NCBI GenBank assembly: GCA_002633005.1
Contig: NMRA01000719.1
Span: 70,612 to 134,611 of the forward strand
Length of the DNA stretch: 64,000 nt
Reading direction: 5' to 3'
Origin: Phoronis australis
Lineage: Eukaryota; Animalia; Phoronida
A model generated the notes under the pieces. The model was not told where the DNA came from, made no database searches, and saw nothing but the letters and a program-made list of their open reading frames with translations. Each line of letters begins with the position of its first letter. Position 1 is the first letter of the stretch. The position numbers were made by a program, and so were the translations under genes. Shown here piece by piece: positions 15,101 to 29,785 of the stretch.

Positions 15101-15477
15101 CAGGTCATCTCTTTCACCTCATGTTACCAACCACATGAGATACCCCACAGGAATAGATAAATTAAGTGGTGAACATACATTAATCAGAGTCATTAATAGT
15201 TATGAACAGGTGTGCACTACCGTAGAATTAATAGGGCCTTTCATACTGTCAGAATAAATATTAAGCAATTAGTACAGATTGCTCCAATTAAGTAGATCGG
15301 AATTTGTACATACTGGTATGGAGCCAAACTTGTAGTTGAGGCTAAAAGAATGTTTACAATGTACAGAACAAATTTTACAATAGAGCCATCTCGTAGAAGA
15401 TTCTCAAGAGAATCTTGGCAAGGAAAAGGGTTAATAAACAGGAAGTTAACTAAGAGCTTGTCACTTGGATTGTGAGT

Positions 15478-15725
15478 AGTAGGATACTACCCACAAGTGT
15501 TGTGTCATGAAAGACTGTGACCAGCAAGAGGAATAGTGGGTAGAATATACTGCCTGCAAGTGTTTTGTCACGAGGGCCAATGACCAGCAAAAGGAATTGC
15601 AGATAGAAAACGCTGCCTGCAAGTGTTTCGTCACGAGGGCCACTGGGCCAGTAACCAGCGAGAGGAATCGTGGATAGAAGATACTGCCTCCAAGTGTTGC
15701 GTCATGAAGGACTGTGACCAGCAAG
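15478..15725. repeat. Diverged tandem repeat, ~4 units of ~57-68 bp
   Basis: Recurring 'tagaa.atactgcctgcaagtgtt..gtca.ga.gg....tgaccagcaa'. Confidence 0.85.
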
Positions 15726-18700
15726 TACACTGTCACAGTACAGTCTTGCGTTAGTTCAAAGATTCACTAACAGGACTGTCATCTAATAAGTGTCGAGTCC
15801 TACAGCTTGGATAGCAGATAAGACATTTGATTATTTATAGTTAATTGATTGAAGTAATCCTTACAGAGGGCGCTTGCATAGTTACTCTTCTTCATTGTTA
15901 GTCAACTAAATTGACAATAGGTTTCTCTTGTTTTAATTTATGGTAATCATATAATAAATTAATTACTGGATTTAATCATTCTCTCTCCAGCCACGCACAA
16001 TCTCAAAGCATAGCTTCCTTTTAAACAAACCCACTGCCAACTTCTGACACACACTAACATCAATGCCTCGACATTTTAGGGAGTTGCGGCCAGTATGATC
16101 AGTTCACTTCAGTCCTGGATCAAAGTTAACAGCGCCAATTAACTTCGCAGTAAACATGTGGATATAACAACGGAGCATCGACGGTGTGGCACAGTATGAA
16201 CGGTCGACTTCGGTCCCATCGAAGTTATCGCCAGAGGTCACTGTTATTGTCAACAATTAAAGGACAGTGTAATCACTAATAGTTACTTATATGCTCGAAT
16301 AACCACAAATGGAATTAGAAATCAGTTTTATGTCAATAAGCACATGTAAGTGTTTCCAAATTGTCACGTTAAAAAAAATCTTAACGTGCACGCGATGCAT
16401 CAACGTTACTTTGCGATTACTTTGATGACAACAGCGTCACATGTTGTTTACTTTGACGCCCGTTAACTACCGAATACGGTAAGAGCTGTTTAGTTAACTT
16501 AAAGAGACAAAATATTATTTTCATAAATAATTTTGGGTGTGCGGAATGAGATGGATGTTATAAATAAGTGGAGCATTACTGTAATCTGGAATCAGGTGCT
16601 TGTGCCACTAGGCATATCACTCAAGTAGAAACTAGGAAAAACTATGTGACACCTGACTGACGCTACAAAATGGCAGATGTTGGTTCTCATGTATTCAATT
16701 TAAAAACTATACAAGCTACTAAGAATTTAAGAATTGACATAAAACACATAATTTAAGACAACATCCAAGAATTGATTAATATCTGGGTAGAGTTTGTTTT
16801 TTTCTCACTCAGTAATTGTTTCAGCTAGACATTTTCTCAGAGACCATTTTTACATCACAACATAAATTATAGACATGTCTATTTTACGATGTATCTGATA
16901 ATGAGACATGTGCTCTCCAAATATAACTCCTATTTTAATTTACTTGTTTGTCAATGTTAATTGGCAATTTACTTTGTAACTGTACACCTGATGATCAAAA
17001 ACTGTACAGAGAATACGAGCGAGTGTCTGTGAAGCTATCGAACAGAAAATATATTCGTGCTCCGGCAGTAAAGGTATTGCATTAGTCTAGATTTTGAATG
17101 TGGTGACATCCAACCAACGCATCATATTGGGAAGACCTTTCTAGGTACAACATCAATATTGGGAACTACTCATTTCAAAAGTTCTTATGTAAGTCCTTAC
17201 ATAAATTTAAAATGATTTCTGGGCTTGGAAAGATCTGACACTTTGTTATTTCGATGAGCGCAACCAGGGTGGGCTCCGGGGGCTCGCACGATCAAAATGG
17301 ACAAAAAGATCAGCCCCAGAGGGACAAAAAGTCCGAGAAATACGAGGCAAAAGCCCAATAAAAGACATAAACCCACAATTCACAGCTCCGAACGTGATAC
17401 TCCGTTTTTTTAGTCCTCCCGCTTTTTTGTTAGTAAAAGGTCCACGTCGTCGAAAATGCGAGCTCCCCCCCATATTACAGGCTAGATACGCGCATGATTT
17501 CTGCATAGCATGATAAATTTTATGAACTTGAATGGTCTGAACAAAAAACTATATAGTCAGGTACCAGTTCTTGAATCCAGATATTCTAAACTGAGTAAGG
17601 AACAAGACAAGATCACTCACATTATCACAGTGAGAACTAACTTGGTCTGACAGGGCCCCCATTAGGATTCATTGTCTTCAGCAAATTACTTGACCCTTGC
17701 AGGTTGGTGTTGGGTATTTTGTAGTCAAGAAGTTCAATTCCAATAAAGGACAAGATCGTTACAACAATATTGAAACTAGGATTGTGGAGAAAACTCTTTT
17801 TACATCAACACCATATATGTTTTCAATCAATGGCCTTTAAAAAAATATTAGATTCTGATATCAATCTGTAGAAAACATTCCTTATTTGCAGGACATTCAG
17901 TTTTCTATTCAGGTTCCTGGAATGTGGATGGCTTGGTTTCGACAGAACTTGACAGCTAAAGAAAACATTGGGTGTCTCTAAGTGGCCACATAGAAGGCAA
18001 GTGAAAGCTAACCAGTGCTGTTAAGACAGCAACAAATAATTGTGTGTCAAGGCCCACTGATAATGGGCAAAATCACAGCAGAAACATTTGTTTTTCAAAT
18101 AGGAAAAACAGACGTGCAGCCTACCCAGGGAATGATTGGTATTTAGGCAAAAGAAGGAAGGCTATCAGCAGTGGATTAGAAGAAAACATGGTTTTGCACA
18201 CAACCTTTATTCGAGTGAGATTTTAATTACCGTAAATATTCAAGTTAATGCCCTTGGGCACTTTAATTGGCGAGTCTGGAAATCGGGGATGGGCGCTTGA
18301 CACAAAATGGGTATTTCAATCTGAAATTTCAAGAAATTGACGGTGGGCGCTCACATAAACGTGGGCTATAAACCTGACCCAGAAAGTCGCTTTGGCCACC
18401 TCAAAAGTACATAGATTTTGAAACTGGAAGTTCACACACCTAAAGTTCAAAGAATCTGTTGCAGGGCTAGTTCCGACTCAAAAGTTGAATATGTGCTCTT
18501 GTACTGACTGTGGAATCAAGTAGTTAAATATACCATACAATTACACGTTGAACGAAGACCAGCCAAAATTCTCTAAGACCCACCTGTAATATGGATGTTA
18601 CTCAAGTCGTTGAAGACGGTAAGTTAAATAAATCCAAGCTTTAAACTCTCTTGCTTTGTTCGAAATTCAAATTTTAAAACTCGAACAATTGAATAATTTC

Positions 18701-20808
18701 CTGTCAGCCAGAATATATCACATACGCAATCCCGGCCACCATGCATATCACAGGTGTCACTTTACTTTCAGAGGTCAACAAATATTTGATTTGGCTCTTT
18801 AAACTACCATCATGACATAGAATGAGAAACTGGCTGTGATCAGTGTCAATTTCAACGAGGACAATTTAAATGCACTGTAAGAAAAAAGGCTTAGAACAGA
18901 ATACCATGCCCCAGCGATGACCATAACAAGATGTAACTACACTACGACTCGAAACTGTTCCGATTTCATAAGTTTCATAAGAAAATTTTCAAAAGTAGTT
19001 TGTGTGTATTAAGAGCAGAAGTAACAACCCAAATCTTTACAGTATATCAGATGTCTGAATCTGACAGCAACAGATCAGCCACTCCGTTGTCACCAGTGTT
19101 CCCAAAGGGACCCTACAAACTGTGTGGCAGTTATAAACCATATCTGAACAATTTGCCACAACACATTGCATGTGCAAAATGCCAGAATTCTGACTACTGG
19201 CTCATGATCACACCACCACAAGCAAAGGCTACATCACTAGAATTTAGCCTTCTCCAAGTCAAAAGGTACCATATTTGTTGGGAGATCAGATGCTTTAGAA
19301 CCTTCAAAACCAACCTTACCATTGCTAACAGTAGCCCTGGGATCTTATTGGCCTGTCCAGTAAAAAAATTAAGTTATGGTGTAGCATAGGATAAACTTTT
19401 TTATAAATGCACGATTCCAAAGTAACATACCACATCATAAATATTCATCAAATTGACTTGGGAGTCATAAAAAGTTGCCAATATTGCCTCACTGGTCCAA
19501 CTTGTATGCCCTCAGGAATTGGGAAACCAATTTTAGGTGCTCTATTTTTGAAATCCTGGTTAACCCCTGCCACAACATCACTATTGCAAATTCTGACATT
19601 ACCATGCAGTGCCCTACATGTCTATCTAAGACTGTACCACAGAAATCACTTGGACAATTAAAATGACATGACCAAGAAACCAGAAATATCAGGATTAGCA
19701 AATCAATAGATACCCAGGTCCGGAGAGTTATAACAAAGACAGAAGATTCCTGTAAAAAAAAAGAATCAACACCTTTTTAAGACAAAATTCATTTTTAGAA
19801 AAGGTATATTCACAGCAAAATAAATGCCTCGGTGGATATTAATGAAACTTTTTTAAATGAAAACTTCACCAGTTACCTCAAAAACACTGTTAGGAATTTT
19901 CGATTAGTCTCTTAGTTTGGTTTCTATGACAAATTAACTCATAAAACATAAGGTATTTTTGCAAAAAAATAACAGTCGTATTCGTCTTTGTTATATTACG
20001 CAAAAACTAGGCCTTTATATCGAAAATCCTAACAGCGTGTTCAAGACTGATGAATACATATAAGTTTAGAAAGTTTCAGCAAAATCCACCAAGCTGTTCT
20101 CAAGAACTCATGTTCATAATATCTCATAGTCCTCGGTTAATTATTCGGAGAAAACTTTGTTTTCGCTCAATAATACCTATACATGCCTTAACCATGTTCG
20201 CTATTTCAACTTTCACTTGATGTCAACTGAATTTGCAGTGCGTAATTAACTTAATCATCGCTGTTAATTTTGTTACCGTCTCCAGTCTGAGATGCGGGAT
20301 TAACTGTTGACCTACTTAAAAATAGGTCAAAAGTTCATTGTTATAAACACCTACGTGCCGAGACACTGATACGAAACTAATTATGAAATGGATAACCGAG
20401 ACTGTGTCAGTGGATAAAGCATGTCCTGAGCATGAAATCGAAACAGCAAAATATCAGAATTAGGGTAAGGATTTATCTCTTTTCACAACTTGCTGTGTTT
20501 GTGAACACTAAGTCACAGAGGCGTGAGGTGACTCGGAGGATTCGCTCCTTATGCTCGTATGCATGTAGACACACAACTCCCTTGGCATTAAAAATATGTT
20601 TTGTCTTTGTTTTCCCCAGCATCTTTCTATCATATTTACACCTCAATGACTCAATATTATGGCGACTTGGTAAATGAAAGGACTGTGCTCGACGGGAAAT
20701 TCGATATCCTGTAACCTTTGACCTCGGATAAGTAGTAAACACATTTCCATGCGATTGTGCTGTTCCAAGGTGGTTCTGCTAAATCTTTTTTTCTTGCTAC
20801 ACGGTACA

Positions 20809-22546
20809 CAGGGATATACTTAGCCACTCACCCAGTTGTCAATGTGAGTAAAAATGGTACTGGGCGAGTAGAAGTTGACATGCAGGTCGCCCAGGTGGCG
20901 AGTGAATTTTCAGAGCGCAAAAGCACTCTATCGTTTCCCAGATGAACATGAATATATTTTCTCCTCCTTGTGCTGTTTTTTCAGTTTGGTCAGCATGTCC
21001 ATGCTCCGGCAGTAAAAAACATCGGCGCAGTGCACTCCTACCAACTCAGTAGATATCACCCGTTACGCGATTCCTCTAGACAAAAGATCACAGTGTGTGG
21101 ACTCGTGCACAAAGGAATTTGTGGACTAGTCCGAAACGAAGAAAAAGGGGGGAAAGGCGGAAGACTGGTCCATGTGCTCACAACAAGTGAAATACATTTC
21201 TTGGAACTGGTTTCTTATTGTAATGACCAATGTACGTCATTTTAGCCAAAATTATTTTATGAATAACAACATTCAAAACACAGCAATCGCCGTAATCTGG
21301 CAGCCCCTCATGCCCCTACAAGCACCCTCATGCGTTTTCAGGCTTCGCTAAAATAAGCGCCCAGTCCATGAACGTGTACATATGTGAAAAATGCCTTACC
21401 TACATTTCTAAAATTCTACAGTAATGTCTTCAATCTTCAATTTGTCAATAATATCCGACAGTCCTGAAAAATCATTGTGCGCGGAATTCCTAGACCACGA
21501 GCCTCGCCTCTATGAAGGTATTTAGCCGTGACTGTACACTTCAAACTTCCGCAGTGCTTCAAAAAGAACGCAAAAGTTTTGCTTATCTTGCGAGGAACGT
21601 GTCCCACTATGGTCAGGCCTTTCAGAACAGACGTAGTGTACTTGTGAACGGGATTGTATTGTATCTTTCCCGTACACTCAGATCTTCACCCTCAACAGAA
21701 ATCCAGCTTACTTTGTTCACGTAAAAACCGCGAATCGAAACTTGACCAGTGTAAAAAGGACGTGGCCAAGAAGCACACGCTACATACATGTAGGACCTGC
21801 TATTCTGGCAAATGAACTCTGATGACACGCACGCGCTTGCTCACTTGGCGCACACCTGTAGATTAACTTTAAATCAAACGTCACGTGACATCAACATGTG
21901 TGTTCGTATAGATTTTCGTCATGTTGCAGGTTGTGATCTAGCACAGATTTGGACTTAATCTGTGGTTAATTCAGACTCCACAGGAACTTAAAAATCTTAG
22001 GGACACTATTTGGAAAACTTAAGGAGGATTTCAGGTAATTAATTGAGTCGAAACTATTTTTATTCAAGAATTCAAGTTGCCGTATCCACGATCACGAGGC
22101 AGCGACGCATCAGTCGGCAAGTTCTCGTCCTGGGATTTCAGCACAATTTTTTGAAAAAAGATCGTAATTTAACAACGAAGTTTGATAGTAATGCACCACA
22201 GATTTGTTGAAAGTCTGTCATAGGTTACAGATATGTCACAGGGCATAAATTTGATGAATCTTAGCTTTAGATTGCACCCGTTTCGGTGATCAGGTTTCAA
22301 CCGCCTTAGGCTACAATAAGCGCCCCCTTCTGAAACAAATTTTTCTAATCACCCTAGGGCGAATATGGTAGCCCTAATAGATGGTAACATCAACGCACGA
22401 AACGATGATTTTTATTGACATTTGGCAGCAAACTTTTGGTGACACACGCAAACGGCCGGGCAACTGAACTTCAAGCTGAGCGAGTAGATTTTCTGGCTCA
22501 CTCGCCCAGCTGGCGAGCAGGATTTTGAAACCTGGGTATATCCCTG
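20809..22546. mobile_element. hAT-like non-autonomous element carrying a nested Tc1/mariner-type MITE
   Basis: 11-bp TIRs CAGGGATATAC/GTATATCCCTG with subterminal TCGCCCAG/GGCGAG repeats at both ends. No TSD was recognisable. Confidence 0.65.
21283..22370 (-). mobile_element. Diverged copy of the CCGT-ended Tc1/mariner (Tc2-like) non-autonomous family
   Basis: Reverse-complement similarity to both ends of 55380-56874, e.g. 'aaataagcgcccagtccatgaacgtgtac' and 'ggaggatttcaggtaatt'. Ends '...ggcgaatatggta'. Confidence 0.8.
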
Positions 22547-23505
22547 CATTTTGTATTTGAAGTTCTTTGGTTAGACATATGAAATATTGTAAAAATGCTT
22601 TTTACACCTTTCAAACAAATAGCTAAAAGCATTTCTATGCTTCTTGTTTCAAAGTTCACCCTGATCAATGCTGATTGAGGCTATCTCAGCCAAAACTTTT
22701 GATCAAGTTCACTGACAGAAGAAAAAATTCTCCAAGACTTTCAGCTATCAGTCTCTATCTGGTCTCCCACCACTCAACACCCCCTTAGAGACTTCACCAG
22801 TTTCCTAATGGACAAATCAAGCCACTTAGTGGTAGCCAAGATTCATTCTTGACATTCAAGGCCTACTAAAAATACTTGAGAAAATACCAGGGATATCAAC
22901 TGACCAACTGCAGGAGAGCGTAGATCACCACAATGTCTGTGAAGACACAGAGGGCAGTCCACCTGTCCCATTTCTGTGATAAGACACAGAGGGCGGTTCA
23001 CCTGTCACCTTACACATTTATAGTTAATACCACTGCAGCTCTTCACCTGCTTGTGCACAATAAGGTAGGCAAGACAAGTGAAAATTTCTTACATCAAATT
23101 TCTCAATGTACAGTTTCCTCATATTAAAACAAAAATAATTTTTTAAATGCTTGATGTATCGCCAAAAACATTTAAAATTTCACCGTGGGTTTGTTCTTGA
23201 CAGATAAAGTTTTCAAATAACCAAGTAAAACTACTTTCTTGTTTACTGTTGTCGAAAATCTTGAAAAATATGATTTTACTCTTCCACCATATTGTGTTTG
23301 AATATTTAGTTTTAAGTTTCCATTACGAGCAGCAAGGAAATTAGCCTTTGAAAACACACAAAAATTACAATTTTGAAAATTATTTTTTCACACAATTAGT
23401 GAAGAATAACAGTGTGGTAAAATCTCAGCAATTTAGGACACAAGAAATGGTGGACAAGTGGTATTTTTAACTTATTGTTTCATAAAATATTAGGACAGAG
23501 ATTTT

Positions 23506-23924
23506 CCGTAGATGAGCCCACCTGATGAAACGCCCATGGGCGTTTATTCAGAAAATTATGACGAATAAACACCTATGGGCTGCTCATGGGTGTTTATTTG
23601 GTGTTAAAACTTCTGGTGTCAAGTCTTCAGATAGTGGAATGTTTATTGTGGAAAATTTCCTCTTAAAAGCACACTCAGTGTCAACTTTTAGTCACAAATT
23701 CAGTTCTGTGGTGCATTGATCATTTATAAAAACAAAAAAGCGTTGGTGAACCCAGAAGGGGTGATTCACTTATAAAAATACATGTCACGCTTCATGCTGA
23801 CATTTGCGTTGCAAAAATTATGACTTTCCGTTTACATGACCCCCTTTTCCGAATCAATGCCCGGGCGTTTATTTCAATTTCCGATTAGTCACGCCCATGG
23901 GCTTATCTACAGAAAATCCCGGTA
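23506..23924. mobile_element. Tc1/mariner-type MITE remnant (second subfamily)
   Basis: Inverted ends 'ccgtagatgagccca' and 'tgggcttatctacag...cggta', with internal 'cgcccatgggcg' palindromes. Confidence 0.55.
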
Positions 23925-24744
23925 GTACCAAACCAGGGCTTTTCCCATCTCAGGCTCTCAGTAACTGCTAATAGATGGTATTTTGAAATAAGTGGGCATT
24001 CACAACAACATACAAGATTTTGAAAAATGAAAAATGTCAATTTTGACATTTGGTGACAAAAGTTTTAGTGAAGGATTACAATGTACCGAACTTGGCGCTG
24101 ACGCGACATTGCATGGTATAGAATTCCACAAAACTGATAAATTATTAATTACAAAATTCCACTTAGATTTTGGAATTTGCAGTAATTCAATTAAGAATAT
24201 AAGTCATAGTCTATGACAATATCCTGTCTCACTTTCAAAGGATCAGTGCAAATGTACGTATATCGCTGGCTCTGATCCACCTTTTAATAAAATTAACATT
24301 TTACATTATCCAAACACCTTAAATCTTAATGAAAGATACAATGTGTCCTCATTTTTCAAGAAGGTCCATAAAATGGAAAGGTTATGCTATCACCCTTCCC
24401 TTTGTAAACAAAGTATTACAATGAATCCTACCCATTTTTTTCAATGACACATATCCTAGGTGCTTTCACATCTAGATACAATTGCCAGGATGTTTTGACC
24501 AGGCAAGTGGAAGGCTTTTAGGGGTCAGCACTACCAGTTAACCTGGTACAATTTTCACTAGCGTGACTTGTCCCAACAAAATTCCCCTTAGGAGGCACTA
24601 CAGTTGTCAAACCCATCCAAAAATCACGGTCAGTCATGCAGTTGTCAATAAGAAAATATCTGTCAATTTCCATAGTGATCAATTGAGCAGCTTGGTATAT
24701 GGTTTTGAGAAGCTGATGCAAAATACACAGTTAAAATGGGTACA

Positions 24745-25477
24745 TATAGGTGGCAGAGAATACATCAAAACCTCCCAAAAACAAAGAAGTTGTCGTCTTC
24801 TTAACAGAAAACTACTTGCCAAATTTCAAGAAATTCAAGGAACTCAAAAGATACAAAGGCAAATGTAAAATCTAAAACTGCCACAAGGTGGCTCAGTGGT
24901 AGTCATATCTGCCCGAAAGTCGTGGTCATGGTTATCACATTCACAGAAAAACACTTGCCAAATTTCACATTTATCCTGAAAGAGGTAAGGACATACAGCA
25001 AAAGAACCAAAAAAAAGGAAATTGCTACTAGAGGGTACCAGAGTAGTTGGGCTAATCCGAAATCAAAGTCGGCAAATCATTGTTTTCTCTGCAGGAACAG
25101 ACGTCTGCTCATTTTCATATGATCCTTTGAGCAGTGTGTAATAAAAATGGCCACTAGGTAGGGCAGAATACATCCAATCTGTTCGAAAATGCAGTCGTCT
25201 CTATAACAGAAATCTATTTCCAAAGTTCATGCAAATTCAAAAAAAGAACTCTGGAGATACAGGTGCAAACAGAAAAAATAAAATTGCCATTAGGGGCAGG
25301 GTGGTAGTGGGATCGGTACAGGATCGGTTCAAAACTCATCATCATCCGTCACCTCATAGAAACACATACGTCAAAATCTGGATATGATCTTGCAAGAGGT
25401 TTAGGAGATATAGCAGCAGACGCCAGATGCCTGAGTAGAGGTGATAGCAATATGCTGCCACATGTGGGCGCATAAAT
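24745..25477 (+). mobile_element. Family A (Helentron/HINE-like) element
   Basis: Same internal modules as 8500-9370, ending in the imperfect hairpin 'tatgctgccacatgtgggcgcata' plus aa. Confidence 0.65.
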
Positions 25478-26415
25478 AGTATTATCTATGTATGAAATAA
25501 GAAAACAATGCTTTTCCCATTCTTTCACACAAAATCTTACAACTCCACCTGCTGTGGAATTTCCTCCCAAACAATATTTGATCAGACCTATCCTAAACAT
25601 GAAGGAACTTACAAGAACTGTTGAAAACTTCTGTCAAGTGCAACTGCAAGGCCCTGGATTTGACAGACAAGAGCTAAATGCTAGACAGACAATTGATTCT
25701 GTGAAATAAGCAACTAAAATATTATGGAGGTTTCCAAACAGATAAGACAATCCCATAAACATGTGTCAACTGTTATTTGGCAAGTGATTCATTAGGGTAA
25801 GTAAAGGACATATAACCCAGCAGGCTTTAAACTTTCAAATGATGAAGTCACCTAATATAACTGTACAACATCAGACAAGCCATCTGTTACCTGAACAAGA
25901 ATGTGAAATGGAAAGAGGGCGCCACTTGAAAAACAATTGACGTCACTGAGACTCAATAACGCCTTTCCCGCTGGCTTCTAAGCTTCGAGGTTAGGGGGTT
26001 TCAGTCAATAGCAACACTTAATTTCGGTCTTGGATTAATGTTAACAGCACGAGTTTACTCTGGAGTAAAGATGTGTATTTAACAGCGAAGCGTCAATGCT
26101 TCACAACAATGGGAACGCTCAACTTCGAGGCATGGCGAAGTTGTCAACAGCGGACTGACTGGTTAATATGTGTTATTATTTTGTTCTCACATTTATTATT
26201 TTGCCTGTATTTGCATACTGTTTAAATTTATCTGTGTATTTGCTGGATTCTTCACATTACAAAAACATCACAGAACGTATACGCGAAACGAATTCCCGCC
26301 ATATGCCATACTGCCTTTGTTTGAAGGTCAGCTGATACTCAGCCACCTTCCTATAGTTGTACCGAATTAATTGTACGAATATAACTCCAAAGCTGGTGGA
26401 AACAATTGCCCGGAG

Positions 26416-26836
26416 CATGAAACAGTCCCAAATAGGGACTCGACTAAGTTCACTAGATCTACAGCGTAGTGGGTTTGTGAAAACACTGATTGTCCTTTCT
26501 TATGTTGTTTGAGTCTCATTACTGAGTCAAACTTTGGCTTTGATACAAATCAAGAGTGAGCTCTATGTAAAATTCTTAACATCAATGAAAAAGTATGGAT
26601 CTTTTCATGCAACACCCCTAATTTAAGGATTAAGTCCCTAATTATTATGACTCAATTACCAGCTCAGCCGTTTTCAGTTATATTATTAGAAAATGTCATT
26701 AGTCAAAGACAGGAGTACACAATAAAGATTAAGTTGTGGAAAAATAAACATACGTGACTCAGTGAGTTAAAGAACGAAACAAATACGCAAAAGAATTAGG
26801 GAACTTAGTCGACTCATTATTGGGGACTGTTGCATG
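26416..26836. mobile_element. MITE with ~40-bp imperfect TIRs
   Basis: 'catgaaacagtcccaaatagggactcgactaagttcacta' matches the reverse complement of 'tagggaacttagtcgactcattattggggactgttgcatg'. Confidence 0.6.
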
Positions 26837-27988
26837 CAACCACACACATTTTAACACTTAACTTGATGGTTAGCCACTGCTACACTCAAAGCTTCTAGAT
26901 AGTGGAGTTAACTATATTTGAAAGGGCCTAATGACTGACTGCATGCGCCTCTACCTGCATTTTTGTGTTTTGATTTTCGGATGGGGTACCAATGGACAAA
27001 TACAACGCTCATTTCAAATCTCATCAAATAAATTAATAAGTAGATATGGTAAAATTCGTACAGTGTTGACACCGAGGTAGACCTAATAGTTGGGTAGGTG
27101 GGTCCCTGATTGATTTTGAGAACCTGAGTTATACCACTGAATAACCACAGTGGGAGTAATTGCTTTTCAAATCAGAGACCTGTGTATCCACCAATTATCA
27201 ACTTCTCAAAGCCAACTGAGCATTGTGATCTAACTCAGGCCTAATCATGCTAATCTGCAACACAGTGTGAATGATGAATAATATGAAACACAAACGGTTA
27301 TTCAACAAGTGGAGACAGATATATTAGTACCCCCGGGTTAAACTACATTTCTTTCAGAATAAAGTGAACCTGAGCTTCCACAGACAGACGACAAAGAGAA
27401 TAAACTTGGTTGTGACACAAAACAGGATGCACTGCACAGACTCGGTCTCGAAGTCAGCAGCCAAAACTCACCTTCTTCTACTGTCAAAATATGACAATTT
27501 CCAACTTAGTTCAGACCAGGCAGCTGAGCTACACCCCTTTTCCACATATACTAATCCCTTATGTGTACACTTCGAATAGCACCTGTCTTTGCGTCTTCAC
27601 GAGAGACAAACCCAGTGCTTGTTCAAATATGAGACCAAGAATCGCAAAAACGTGAGTGCGTCCTTCGCGACTTCGAAGTTTTTCAGAATAGCGACACCTT
27701 TTGATAGTTCGCCTGGTGGTCATCCAAATTGCCAAAAGATGTCAGCGTGATCACTACAAGTCGTAATATCCTCCAAAGACTTTGCATTAGGCCGAGTTTT
27801 TACTCAGTTTGTACCACGAATATAAGGGTCTTTAAGTGCAAACTTGGACTGAAAACTCATATGCATAAACTGTAATTATTCGAGCACAGTCTGATAACCA
27901 CTTCATTAGACACAAAAGGAGCAGAGAAATTGCCAAAAATAATTCGTCGAGTTCGTTTCCGTCGAGTAGGTTACAAAAAAGAGACCAG

Positions 27989-28401
27989 GGCCCGGTCTCT
28001 AATCTTTGTACTCGAAACGAACTCGAAACTATTTTTGGCAATTTCTCTGCTCCTTTTGTGCGAACTTAAGATAATTGGTTATCAGACTGTGCTCGAATAC
28101 ATTATAGTTTATGCATAGGAGTTTCTAGTTCAAGTTTGCCGCCCTTGAAGACCCTTATATTCGTGCGACAAACTCGAGTACTGAACTGTTAAACACGAAA
28201 TTTCGAGTTCAAACTCGAACTTATTGCTTTAATATTGGGTTTACAAACCGTGAACTAAGGGCAATAAATTATCTACGTAAGTTATTGTGTACTCGAGCAT
28301 AGAATAATAGACACTTATCTTGAGTTCGCCCAAAAGTAGAGTAGAAAATGCCAAACCTAATTTCGAGTTCCATTTCGAGTAAAAAGATAGGAGATTGGGC
28401 C
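27989..28401. mobile_element. PIF/Harbinger-like MITE with CAG TSD
   Basis: cag|GGCCCGGTCTC...GAGATTGGGCC|cag with CTCGAAA subterminal repeats. An inverted partial copy abuts it at ~27800-27986. Confidence 0.75.
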
Positions 28402-29559
28402 CAGGTTACACAAGCCACCGTTGAGAGGTTTCACGTGAAATACTGTATTCGTAAATAGGGTACCTCAAGTACCACTGACGCGACGTCGTAGGACGTAATG
28501 TTCGGTCCCTGTGAAATACTAAAGGTTGCTGCCCACTTTTGTCCATGTCTAGTCGGTTTAATGTTTTCTGTTGAATCGATAACGTGTCAATTTATTCAGT
28601 CAGCACTGCAGGCGTTCATGTGTAATTAAAAAGAGGCCTAGAATTCAACTTCCGTTGCACTCGCAAACTAGGCCTACATTTTGAAACCACTTTCTAGTAC
28701 CCAAAACAGTGCCACACCCTGTGCCAAAGTTTTTCCACGTGACATTGTTCTTTTTCGAATTACGGCACGTTTAAGGTACCCCCTACTGCTAAAAAGCGAA
28801 AAATTGTACTTTTCCCGTTTAGTTGCATGAAGGCCTATATTGCCTAATGATCTTCATTCAAATGAGTAGCCTGAATACGTGATTAAGTAATCACTCTAAC
28901 GAGCACCTAGCTTTACAGATCCACTAGACAAGTATAAATTTAATCATAACTGAACAAGACAAATTTAACTCTGTTTTCCATAACAGAGTACGTCAAAATA
29001 GGAGGAACTGGGAACCTTATTCCATGCGAGGCTGGAAATAGGTGTCGTGCGTGAGATGATGTTCCTAAAAAAGCTGATATTCCCAGTATAGGTTTTAAGA
29101 AAGTTATTAAATCCTGTTAAAAATGCCTTTAAATAAAATATTATATTGCACTTGTTAATCGGTAAAGGTCAATTGTCTGGGATTTTCTTGACCAGGCAAT
29201 TCTTTCACCTCCTAAGATGTTAGCGAATTACATGGCAACTGTGGGGAAAAGACCATCCACCAAGGACCGTAATATCCAATTTGTGAGATAGAAGTATGAG
29301 TTTTTAGTTGATTCCTGTCTTTATCTGTTGAAGATTGACGCCAATGATACAATAACAGGTGGCAGAATGAGGACTGAAATCGTCTAAACAGAGTTTTGTA
29401 TTATTTCAAATTTCCTCCGGTCTCTGAAAATGTGTGTTACTTGACCCATGTTTTGTCGGGTTTGGGGATTTGAAAGAGTAATTAAAACTTTCATACAAGC
29501 CACTGGCCAGAATTAACAGACCGGGAAATTAATTTTAATACGTAACTTTCCAGCACAAA

Positions 29560-29785
29560 TATAAGTAAATAAAACAATAAAAATGGATAACTGAAATTTT
29601 CGGATATAATAACATTCTTCGTCTGTTTCTGTTGACGAAGGATGTTATTATATCCGAAAATTTCAGTGATCCATTTTTTGTTGTTTTATTTACATGTATT
29701 TATTGTACTCTGACACACAAGTGTATCCTTCAGAGGATCTGGATCCCCTCTTTTAGTTTCGGATTTATTTTCTACGTTATTTTCC
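29560..29785. repeat. Fold-back (hairpin) repeat family, copy 1
   Basis: Arms 'gtaaataaaacaa..aaaatggat..ctgaaattttcggatataataacat' and its reverse complement surround a short loop. Homologous to 50290-50585. Confidence 0.75.

Noticed and set aside
27440-27620. Possible minus-strand first exon ending at a GTGAG donor (~27470)
   Set aside because: A lone splice-like motif with no coding or transcript support.
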